Shown: piece after piece, positions 1 to 6,977 of the stretch | How positions within the stretch are numbered: position 1 is the first letter of the stretch | Layout: the number at the start of each line of letters is the position of its first letter | NCBI GenBank assembly: GCA_965649115.1 | Contig: CBFGJN010000043.1 | Location: 1-17,064 of the forward strand | Origin: a candidate division WOR-3 bacterium | GTDB taxonomy: Bacteria > Hydrothermota > Hydrothermia > LBFQ01 > DSFT01 | Length of the DNA: 17,064 nt | Direction: 5' to 3' | Notes under the pieces: generated by a model | What the model was told of the DNA's origin: nothing | The model's input: only the letters and a program-made list of their open reading frames with translations | Database searches by the model: none | Made by a program: the position numbers and the translations under genes

Positions 1-126
1 TGATAATGAATAGTTTTTATAGTTATAGTAATTTGGCTGATTGAGGGGTTGATATGGGAGGGGATGAGTTAAAATATAGTGGGGGTATCCATAGGGAAGG
101 TAGAGGGGGAATTATTGGACAAGGCA
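1..126 (+). mobile_element. Right end of an IS or MITE truncated by the window edge, sharing its terminal inverted repeat with the 136-339 element
   Basis: Ends in AATTATTGGACAAGGCA (110-126), identical to the right end of the 136-339 element (323-339), and is followed by the same TCTCTTTTT. The interior (1-108) differs from that element and is G-run rich. Confidence 0.5.
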
Positions 127-349
127 TCTCTTTTTTGCTTTGTCCAGTAATTATTGCTAAATGCTTGATTATCAATGACTTACGAAAATTTCAATAAAAC
201 TATTGATTTCATGGGGGGATTTTAGGGGGGCGAAGCCCCCCATAGCCGAAAAATGGGCATTTTAAAGCCGAAGGCTTAAATATAGGGTGGGTGGGAAAAT
301 AAAGAAAAATAAATAATTCCAGAATTATTGGACAAGGCATCTCTTTTTT
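109..349 (+). repeat. 28-bp exact direct repeat GAATTATTGGACAAGGCATCTCTTTTTT at 109-136 and 322-349
   Basis: Read directly from the sequence; corresponds to element right end plus flanking target sequence. Confidence 0.95.
136..339 (+). mobile_element. MITE-like element, copy 1 (complete, 204 bp)
   Basis: 17-bp imperfect TIRs TGCTTTGTCCAGTAATT (136-152) and AATTATTGGACAAGGCA (323-339), 15/17 match. Flanked by TCTCTTTTT at 127-135 and 340-348. No credible ORF. Homologous copies at 6368-6456 and 16767-16912. Confidence 0.75.
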
Positions 350-358
350 AAACTTTAC

Positions 359-368
359 CTTTAAAATT
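359..368 (+). promoter_or_regulatory. Putative -10 region (CTTTAAAATT) of the speE-pdaD-speE-deoC operon
   Basis: TAAAAT at 362-367, 9 nt before ATG 377. The same 10-mer precedes all six predicted transcription starts. Confidence 0.6.
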
Positions 369-376
369 TTCATTCT

Positions 377-1288
377 ATGCTTGGAGGAATTTGGTTTGTG
401 GAGAGGCATACTGATAGTTTATTATTTTACTATAAGGTAAAAAAAATTATATATTCGGGAAAAACGAAATATCAAAAAGTAGATATTCTTGATATTGAAC
501 CTTTTGGAAAAACCTTATTTCTTGATGATAAAATCCAATCTGCACAAGTAGATGAATATATTTATCATGAAGCATTAGTTCATATTGCTATGTTTTCTCA
601 TCCAAATCCCAAAAGGGTTTTAATTATGGGTGGAGGGGAAGGTGCTACACTAAGAGAGGTTTTAAAGCATCCATCTGTTAAAGAGGCAATCATGGTTGAT
701 ATTGACGAGGAATTAGTTAATTTATGTAAAGAATATATGCCTGAATGGAATGATGGTGCTTTTGAAGATTCAAGAAGTAAAATTTATTATACTGATGCTC
801 GTAGATTTGTAGAAGAGACAAATAGTGTTTATGATATTATTATATCTGATTTAACGGAACCTATTGAAAGTGGTCCATCGGTTAAGTTATTTACAAAAGA
901 ATTTTATAGTGTATTATATAATAAACTTTCTAATGATGGAATTTTTGTCGCCCAAGCTGGAAGTGCTGATCCTTTATATCCTAATTTTGTGGCAAGTTTA
1001 TATAAGACACTAAAAACAATTTTTCCTATTGTTAAGGTTTATTGGACATTTATGTTTTCATTCCAATTGCCTTGGTCATTTGTAATTGCAAGTAAATCAA
1101 TTGATCCAGAAAATGTTAAATTAACCTTAATTTTTGAGAAAATAAATCAGATAGGTAGAGAAAAATTTAAATTTTATTATCCTAATATGCACTTTGCTAT
1201 GTTTTCCATTCCAAATTATTTAAAATTAGCTCTTGAAGAAAAAGGTATTGTTATAAAGGATGATGTCCCCTTTATTTGGAGAGCTTAA
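377..1288 (+). CDS. speE: Polyamine aminopropyltransferase (spermidine synthase family), GGGEG-type, resembling Thermus SpeE and thermospermine synthases
   Basis: Motifs TKYQKVDI, LDDKIQSAQVDEYIYHEALVH, VLIMGGGEGATLRE, VDID and YDIIISDLTEP; 303 aa. Confidence 0.9.
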   Translation: MLGGIWFVERHTDSLLFYYKVKKIIYSGKTKYQKVDILDIEPFGKTLFLDDKIQSAQVDEYIYHEALVHIAMFSHPNPKRVLIMGGGEGATLREVLKHPSVKEAIMVDIDEELVNLCKEYMPEWNDGAFEDSRSKIYYTDARRFVEETNSVYDIIISDLTEPIESGPSVKLFTKEFYSVLYNKLSNDGIFVAQAGSADPLYPNFVASLYKTLKTIFPIVKVYWTFMFSFQLPWSFVIASKSIDPENVKLTLIFEKINQIGREKFKFYYPNMHFAMFSIPNYLKLALEEKGIVIKDDVPFIWRA

Positions 1289-1733
1289 AAGAATATATTT
1301 ATGTTCAGGTATAGGGAAGGGAACAACGTCCTTAAATGCCTTTGATAATGCTTTAATTTCTGCAGGTGTAGGTAATTATAATCTTTTAAAAGTTTCAAGT
1401 ATTGTTCCACCTAATGTTGAAATTGTAAATAAAATAGAATTAAAACCTGGTTCATTACTTCCAATTGCTTATGGATACCTAATTTCAAATGAAGATGGAA
1501 AGGTTATATCATCTGCGGTTTCCATTGCTATACCAAAGAATAAAAATAACATTGGTGTTATAATGGAGGTTAGTGGATATTTTGAAGAAAATAAAATAAG
1601 AGAAATTGCATATAATATGGCTTTTGAAGCTATGAATTTAAGAAATATAGAAATTGATTTTATTGAAGTTAAGTCAATAAGCGCTATTGTTGAAGGTTGG
1701 ACTTGTGTATTTTCAGGTGTAGCTATATTTTAA
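1260..1733 (+). CDS. pdaD: Pyruvoyl-dependent arginine decarboxylase
   Basis: Signature LNAFDNALISAGVGNYNLLKVSSIVPP with the Ser-Ser autocleavage site, plus GVIME; 157 aa; sits between two aminopropyltransferases. Start may be ATG 1260 or 1263. Confidence 0.9.
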   Translation: MMSPLFGELKRIYLCSGIGKGTTSLNAFDNALISAGVGNYNLLKVSSIVPPNVEIVNKIELKPGSLLPIAYGYLISNEDGKVISSAVSIAIPKNKNNIGVIMEVSGYFEENKIREIAYNMAFEAMNLRNIEIDFIEVKSISAIVEGWTCVFSGVAIF

Positions 1734-2561
1734 ATGGAAAGCTTTATTGAATTTCATTCAAAAAGTAGCGGAATTTATTTAAGTGTTAAGAATGTCCTAT
1801 ATAGAAAAAGAACAAAATATCAGGAAATTTTAGTCTTTGAAAATGATTTCTTTGGAAGAGTTTTAGCACTTGATAATCTAATAATGACAACTACCAAGGA
1901 TGAATTCATTTATCATGAAATGATTTCTCACATTCCTATGAAATCTCACCCTAATCCAAAAAGTGTTTTAATAATTGGAGGAGGTGATGGAGGAACATTA
2001 AGAGAAGTTTTAAAATATCCAATTGAAAAAGCATTTTTAGTTGAAATTGATGAAGAAGTTATAAATGTTTCAAAAATTTTTTTTCCTGAACTTTCAAAAT
2101 CATTTGATGATGAAAGGGTTAAAGTTATAATAATGGATGCTATTGAATGGGTTAAGAAAAGTGATGAAAAATTTGATGTTATTTTAATAGATTCTACCGA
2201 CCCTGTTGGAATAGCAGAAGGTCTGATAAGTGAAAGTTTTTTAAAAAATGTTAAAAAATTGATGAATGATATTTCAATTATATGTATTCAAAGTGAATCT
2301 CCATTTTATCATTTGGAGATTTTGGAAAGAATTTACAAAACATTTAAAAATATCTTTTCAAATGCTCACATTTATACAGCTCCTATTCCTACTTATCCAG
2401 GGGGATATTGGTCATTTACAATGAGCTTTTTAGGTTTAAATGCTCCTGAAATTAGAAATAGTTTCGTAGTTGAACATTTAAAATTTTATAACGATGAAAT
2501 TTACAAAAGTTGTTTTTCATTACCTCAATTTTTAAAGGAGAGAATTTATGGAGTTGATTGA
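1734..2561 (+). CDS. speE: Spermidine synthase / polyamine aminopropyltransferase, canonical GGGDG-type
   Basis: Motifs TKYQEI, DEFIYHEMISH, IIGGGDGGTLRE, VEID, FDVILIDSTDP and IPTYPGGYW; 275 aa. Confidence 0.92.
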   Translation: MESFIEFHSKSSGIYLSVKNVLYRKRTKYQEILVFENDFFGRVLALDNLIMTTTKDEFIYHEMISHIPMKSHPNPKSVLIIGGGDGGTLREVLKYPIEKAFLVEIDEEVINVSKIFFPELSKSFDDERVKVIIMDAIEWVKKSDEKFDVILIDSTDPVGIAEGLISESFLKNVKKLMNDISIICIQSESPFYHLEILERIYKTFKNIFSNAHIYTAPIPTYPGGYWSFTMSFLGLNAPEIRNSFVVEHLKFYNDEIYKSCFSLPQFLKERIYGVD

Positions 2562-3234
2562 AAAGGCTTATAAAAAGGCTAATGAAATTGAAAAATTGAC
2601 TAATTTGCCAGATATTCAAATAAATCATCTAATTGATTATACCCTTTTAAAACCTGATGCAACATATGAAGATTTACAAAATTTCATAAATAATGCTATT
2701 AATAAAAATTATTATTCAGTTTGTATAAATCCATTTTTTGTTCCAAGGGTTAAAGAATTATTAGAGGGAAAAAATATAAAAATTTGTTCAGTTGTTGGTT
2801 TTCCTCTTGGTGCATTACCTCTAAAATTAAAACTATCAGAAGTTGATTGGTTATTAAATGAAAGTGTTAATGAAATTGATATGGTTATGAATTTATCTGC
2901 TTTTAAAAGTAAAGATTATAAATTGGTTGAATACGAAATAAAAGAAATTTCTAAAATTTTTCCTAATTTAAAAGTTATTATTGAAACATGTTTATTAACT
3001 GATGAAGAAAAAATAATAGCTTGTAAAATTGCAAAAGATAATGGAGCAATGTTTGTTAAAACTTCTACTGGATTTTCAAAACATGGTGCAACATTATTTG
3101 ATGTTGCTTTATTAAGAGAAGTTGTTGGAAAAGATTTTGGTGTTAAAGCTTCTGGTGGAATAAGAGATAAAGAAACTGCAATAAAAATGATTTTAGTAGG
3201 AGCCAATAGAATAGGAACTTCAACTGCTATATAA
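2548..3234 (+). CDS. deoC: Deoxyribose-phosphate aldolase
   Basis: IDYTLLKP, VVGFPLG, EIDMVMN, LKVIIET, FVKTSTGF (Schiff-base Lys), VKASGGIR and RIGTS; AAGGAG RBS upstream. Confidence 0.95.
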   Translation: MELIEKAYKKANEIEKLTNLPDIQINHLIDYTLLKPDATYEDLQNFINNAINKNYYSVCINPFFVPRVKELLEGKNIKICSVVGFPLGALPLKLKLSEVDWLLNESVNEIDMVMNLSAFKSKDYKLVEYEIKEISKIFPNLKVIIETCLLTDEEKIIACKIAKDNGAMFVKTSTGFSKHGATLFDVALLREVVGKDFGVKASGGIRDKETAIKMILVGANRIGTSTAI

Positions 3235-3879
3235 ATCTTCCATACTATACAAACCAACTGATTTATCCTTTATAAATTCTATTGCTTTGATAACACCAAT
3301 TGCAAATACCCTCCTACTTAAAGCTTTATGTTTAATTTCTATAACCTCACCTTCATTTGCAAAAATAATAACATGTTCTCCAAAAATACCACCTAATCTA
3401 AAACTTTCCACTGTTAAATCTAAATTTTTATTAACCTCCTTTAGTTTGCTTAATATCATTTTTGATGTTCCACTTGGTTTATCTTTCTTAAATTTATGAT
3501 GAATTTCATAAATTGCTAAATCGTAGTCAATTAGGTGTTTATATAAATTTGGCAAGAATTTAAGAATTGAGTTTAAACCATAAGAAAAATTATAAGATAG
3601 GAAAACAGCAGTTTTCTCTGAGAGCTTTTTTATAAGTTCTAAGTCCTCATCATTAAATCCCGTTGTCCCAATAATATATTTTCTTGGTTCATTTAAAACA
3701 ATTTTAATATGTTCAATGTTCGCTTCTCTATTTGTAAATTCTATTAAAATATCTGCTTTTTTGTAAATTTCAAAATTGTCTTCTCTTGTAATTCCAAAAA
3801 AATCATAATTCTTTTCATTTAAGATATTAGCCAATTCTTTACCCATCTTTCCATTTATTCCGATTATTGCAATTTTCAT
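3220..3879 (-). CDS. dapB: 4-hydroxy-tetrahydrodipicolinate reductase
   Basis: GINGKMG Rossmann motif, IIGTTG, NFSYG, EIHHKFKKDKPSGT catalytic loop and GEH...H...SRRVFAIG; compact 219 aa. Confidence 0.92.
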   Translation of the reverse strand: MKIAIIGINGKMGKELANILNEKNYDFFGITREDNFEIYKKADILIEFTNREANIEHIKIVLNEPRKYIIGTTGFNDEDLELIKKLSEKTAVFLSYNFSYGLNSILKFLPNLYKHLIDYDLAIYEIHHKFKKDKPSGTSKMILSKLKEVNKNLDLTVESFRLGGIFGEHVIIFANEGEVIEIKHKALSRRVFAIGVIKAIEFIKDKSVGLYSMEDLYSS

Positions 3880-4823
3880 ATAAATAAACTACTTACAGAT
3901 TGTGAATTATGTATTCTTTTTATTGCCTCTCCAAGTAAAGGAGCAATGCTTATAACTTTTGTGTTTTTTGGTATTCTTGAACTATTTCCCTCAATTGTAT
4001 TTGTAATTATTATTTCTTCAATATCAGAATTTTCTAATAGTTCTTTTGAATTTGAAGAAAATAATCCATGTGTAGCACATACAATTACTTTTTTTGCTCC
4101 TTTTTCTAATAATGCCTTACTGGCATAAGTTATTGTTTTTCCCGTGTCTATAATATCATCTACAATAATTGCAACTTTATTTTTGACATCTCCTATTACA
4201 TTCATTATTTCTGCTTGATTAGGTGATGGTCTTCTTTTATCTATTAAAGCTATTGGTAATTCTCCAAATTTTTTAGCAAATAATCTTGCTCTTCTTGTTC
4301 CACCAGCATCAGGTGAAACAATAACAAAATCATCACTATTTAAATCTCCAAATTTTTCAATGATATAATCTCTAAATATAGGAATAGCATATAGATTATC
4401 AACTGGTATGTTAAAGAAACCTTGAATTTGTTCAGCATGTAAATCAACTGTTAAAACTCTTGTAGCACCTGCAGTTTGAATTAAATCACTAACAAGTTTA
4501 GCACTTATTGGGACTCTTGGAGCATCTTTTCTATCTTGTCTTGCATATCCAAAATATGGTATTACTGCTATTATCTCATTGGCAGAAGCTCTTTTAACTG
4601 CATCTATTATTAATAAAAGTTCCATTAAATTATCAGAGGGTGGATTAGTAGATTGAATTATAAATACATTATCACCTCTTATACTTTCAAGAATTTGAAC
4701 TCTAATCTCACCATCTGAAAATTTATCAACAATACTACTAACATTTTCTACTGAAAGATAATTACATATTTCTTTCAATAGATTTTTTGAAGAATTTCCA
4801 CCTAGAATTTTAATTTCTCTCAA
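3876..4823 (-). CDS. prs: Ribose-phosphate pyrophosphokinase (class I PRPP synthase), TTG start
   Basis: FSDGE, PYFGYARQDRK, DLHAEQIQGFF, VSPDAGG and VDDIIDTGKT. Confidence 0.97.
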   Translation of the reverse strand: MREIKILGGNSSKNLLKEICNYLSVENVSSIVDKFSDGEIRVQILESIRGDNVFIIQSTNPPSDNLMELLLIIDAVKRASANEIIAVIPYFGYARQDRKDAPRVPISAKLVSDLIQTAGATRVLTVDLHAEQIQGFFNIPVDNLYAIPIFRDYIIEKFGDLNSDDFVIVSPDAGGTRRARLFAKKFGELPIALIDKRRPSPNQAEIMNVIGDVKNKVAIIVDDIIDTGKTITYASKALLEKGAKKVIVCATHGLFSSNSKELLENSDIEEIIITNTIEGNSSRIPKNTKVISIAPLLGEAIKRIHNSQSVSSLFI

Positions 4824-4832
4824 ATTTTATTA

Positions 4833-4905
4833 TGGAGCCGACCGGACTTGAACCGGCGACCTCCTGGGTGCAAACCAGGCGCTCTCCCAACTGAGCTACG
4901 GCCCC
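4833..4905 (-). tRNA. tRNA-Ala (anticodon TGC), CCA not encoded
   Basis: GGGGCCGTAGCTCAGTTGGGAGAGCGCCTGGTTTGCACCCAGGAGGTCGCCGGTTCAAGTCCGGTCGGCTCCA. 7-bp acceptor stem with G3:U70 alanine identity pair, anticodon arm CCTGG-TTTGCAC-CCAGG, T-loop GTTCAAG, and discriminator A followed by TAA. Confidence 0.97.
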
Positions 4906-4920
4906 TTGTGAAGTTCCAAA

Positions 4921-4948
4921 ATTTTAAAGCATAGTAAATAGCTCTCAA
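4921..4948 (-). promoter_or_regulatory. Sigma70-type promoter for tRNA-Ala-prs-dapB
   Basis: Minus strand TTGAGA-N16-TAAAAT (TTGAGAGCTATTTACTATGCTTTAAAAT); the -10 ends 15 nt upstream of the mature tRNA 5' end. Confidence 0.7.
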
Positions 4949-4956
4949 TTATAATA

Positions 4957-5406
4957 CTACTTTATCTTTTTTAACTCTCTTTTCATTTCTCTTTCAATTA
5001 TCCTCTCTTTAATTTTTTCTTTCTTTTCATATTTCTTTAAGCCTTTTGCAAGAGCTATTTCTAATTTTATTAAGTGATTTTTTTGATAAATTTTTAATGG
5101 AATTATAGTTAGTCCTCTTTCCTTTGATTTGCCTATAATTCTATCAATTTCTCTTCTATGAAGTAATAATTTTCTGGGCCTTTCAGGGTCCAATCTATCA
5201 TAAGTTGAAAATTCATAAGGTGCAATAAACATATTTATAATATAAAGTTCGCCTCTTTTTGGAATTATAAAACTATCCTTAAATGAAACTTTACCCATTT
5301 TTATTGACTTTACTTCCGAGCCTTTTAATTCTATTCCCGCTTCGTAAGTTTCAATAATTTCGTAATTCGTTTTAGCTTTTTTATTTTCCAAAATAACCTT
5401 AATCAT
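4957..5406 (-). CDS. smpB: SsrA-binding protein SmpB
   Basis: NKKA..NYEIIETYEAGIELKGSEVKSI, RPRKLLLHRREI, GLTIIPL and basic C-terminal tail. Confidence 0.97.
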   Translation of the reverse strand: MIKVILENKKAKTNYEIIETYEAGIELKGSEVKSIKMGKVSFKDSFIIPKRGELYIINMFIAPYEFSTYDRLDPERPRKLLLHRREIDRIIGKSKERGLTIIPLKIYQKNHLIKLEIALAKGLKKYEKKEKIKERIIEREMKRELKKIK

Positions 5407-6326
5407 TATATAATTTCTTTTATAAGCTCATATGGACTTTTCTTATTTTTAAACCCCTCTTCAACCAATTTTTCCAAGTGATTCTTTTTCTTAAATTCTT
5501 CCCATAATTTCTCCTTTATTAATTCTTCAATTTCTTCATAATATCTTTTTTTTCTCATTTGAATAATTTTTTCGCTCTCTTTAATATAATCTCTATGCTT
5601 AATTATGGCTTGGAAAAGTTCATTTATACCAATATCTTTAAGAGCTGAAACTTTAATAATCGGAACTTTCCAGTTTTTATCTTTTGTATTAAAGCCCATA
5701 TCAAGAGCAGATTTTATATCCATATATAATCTATCCGCTCCTTCTCTATCTGATTTATTTATGACAAAAATATCCCCTATTTCCATTAGTCCCGCTTTCA
5801 TTGCTTGAATACTATCACCAGACTCAGGAACCAAAACAACAACAATCGTATCAGATGCCTTAATAATATCAAGTTCTATTTGTCCTACACCTACTGTCTC
5901 AATAAATATAGGGTCAAAACCAAAAGCATCCATAACATCTGCTACAAAAATTGTAGTTTTTGCTATACCTCCAAGACTACCTCTACTTGCCATACTTCTT
6001 ATATATATTCCTTCGTTTAAAGCTTCCATCATTCTAAATCTATCTCCAAGTAATGCTCCACCTGAAAATGGTGAAGATGGATCAACTGCTATAATTGATG
6101 GATTATAATTTTGTTTTTTAAAATATATTGCAATTTTATTTAAGAGTGTTGATTTTCCAGCACCCGGTGGTCCTGTTATTCCAATTCTATGAGCCTTACC
6201 AACGAACTTATAAATCTCTGAAAAGATAACTTCAATATCTGTGTTATTTTCAACCTTAGTAATAATTTTTGATAGTGCTAATCTATCCTTATTCTTAAAT
6301 TTCTCAATAAGGTCTTTCGTATTCAT
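5406..6326 (-). CDS. meaB: Methylmalonyl-CoA mutase-associated GTPase (MeaB/ArgK family)
   Basis: RIGITGPPGAGKST, AVDPSSPFSGGALLGDRFRM, IRSMASRGSLGG, IETVGVGQ, GDSIQAMKAGLMEIGD and NKSD. Confidence 0.93.
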   Translation of the reverse strand: MNTKDLIEKFKNKDRLALSKIITKVENNTDIEVIFSEIYKFVGKAHRIGITGPPGAGKSTLLNKIAIYFKKQNYNPSIIAVDPSSPFSGGALLGDRFRMMEALNEGIYIRSMASRGSLGGIAKTTIFVADVMDAFGFDPIFIETVGVGQIELDIIKASDTIVVVLVPESGDSIQAMKAGLMEIGDIFVINKSDREGADRLYMDIKSALDMGFNTKDKNWKVPIIKVSALKDIGINELFQAIIKHRDYIKESEKIIQMRKKRYYEEIEELIKEKLWEEFKKKNHLEKLVEEGFKNKKSPYELIKEII

Positions 6327-6338
6327 ATATTTGTTGAT

Positions 6339-6348
6339 AATTTTAAAG
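6339..6348 (-). promoter_or_regulatory. Putative -10 region (CTTTAAAATT) of meaB-smpB
   Basis: Same 10-mer on the minus strand; TAAAAT lies 13 nt before the meaB ATG and the motif directly abuts an element end at 6349. Confidence 0.55.
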
Positions 6349-6456
6349 TGCTTTGTCTAAATTTAATTGCTGTGTCTAATAACTCGGAAACTACCCACCC
6401 AAAAATTAAGCCTTCGGCTTTACCCTCCATAAAAACAAAAGTATTTGGACAAAGAA
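6349..6456 (-). mobile_element. MITE-like element, copy 2 (internally deleted, 6368-6456) plus an extra element end at 6349-6362
   Basis: Reverse complement reads TTCTTTGTCCAAATAC...TTTATGGAGGG-TAAAGCCGAAGGCTTAA-TTTTTGGGTGGGT...TTCCGAGTTATTAGACACAGCA, colinear with copy 1. 17-bp exact match of 6406-6422 with 263-279. An additional TGCTTTGTCTAAAT starts at 6349. Confidence 0.7.
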
Positions 6457-6473
6457 TAAGATATGTGCTTTTG

Positions 6474-6483
6474 CTTTAAAATT
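6474..6483 (+). promoter_or_regulatory. Putative -10 region (CTTTAAAATT) of the nuoJ-pheT-...-tldD operon
   Basis: TAAAAT at 6477-6482, 9 nt before ATG 6492; no Shine-Dalgarno sequence. Confidence 0.6.
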
Positions 6484-6491
6484 TCATAACT

Positions 6492-6977
6492 ATGCTTTTA
6501 GCCCTTATCGTATTTTCAATCTTTGGACTTTTGGGTGCATTAATTGTCCTTTTTCATAAGAAACCTATATATAATGCTCTTGGACTTTTATTAAACTTTA
6601 TTTCATTAGCTATCATTTATTTTCTATTGAATGCTCCATTTCTTGGCGTTATTCAGATTATTGTTTATTCAGGAGCTATCGTTGTATTCTTCTTATTTGT
6701 AATAATGCTTTTGAATTTAAGAGAACCTTTAATGGATTTTGATTTTTCTTTCAAAGGATTGCTTTCAATTATAGTAGTTTTTGCTCTGTTCATTGGTGTT
6801 GCGGTTTCACTATATATTACAAAATTACCCAAATTTGAACTTGGAGAAGAAGGAAAAGTTGATAAATTGGGTGAGTTATTACTTACAAAATACCTTGTTC
6901 CTTTTGAACTTGCTTCAATTTTACTATTAGTTGCTATTGTAATTGCAATAATAATTGGAAGAAAACAAGAAGAATGA
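6492..6977 (+). CDS. nuoJ: NADH-quinone oxidoreductase subunit J
   Basis: Five hydrophobic segments, LNAPFLGVIQIIVYSGAIVVFFLFVIMLL, and C-terminal LG..LLTKYLVPFELASILLLVAIV. Confidence 0.92.
   Translation: MLLALIVFSIFGLLGALIVLFHKKPIYNALGLLLNFISLAIIYFLLNAPFLGVIQIIVYSGAIVVFFLFVIMLLNLREPLMDFDFSFKGLLSIIVVFALFIGVAVSLYITKLPKFELGEEGKVDKLGELLLTKYLVPFELASILLLVAIVIAIIIGRKQEE

Noticed and set aside
225..277. Intrinsic terminators at the GC hairpins
   Set aside because: Neither hairpin is followed by a convincing U-tract; treated as element-internal structure.
109..349. 28-bp direct repeats as a CRISPR array or prophage att sites
   Set aside because: Only two copies, 185 bp apart, fully explained as element end plus target sequence; no integrase in view.
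209..409. 66-aa minus-strand ORF
   Set aside because: Runs antisense through the MITE-like element and the speE start; no recognisable protein features.
4824..4860. Integrated element at the tRNA-Ala 3' end
   Set aside because: prs follows immediately, and I saw no duplicated tRNA 3' fragment or integrase in the window.
4833..4956. tmRNA (ssrA) next to smpB
   Set aside because: The RNA here is a complete 73-nt cloverleaf tRNA-Ala with an anticodon arm, not tmRNA.
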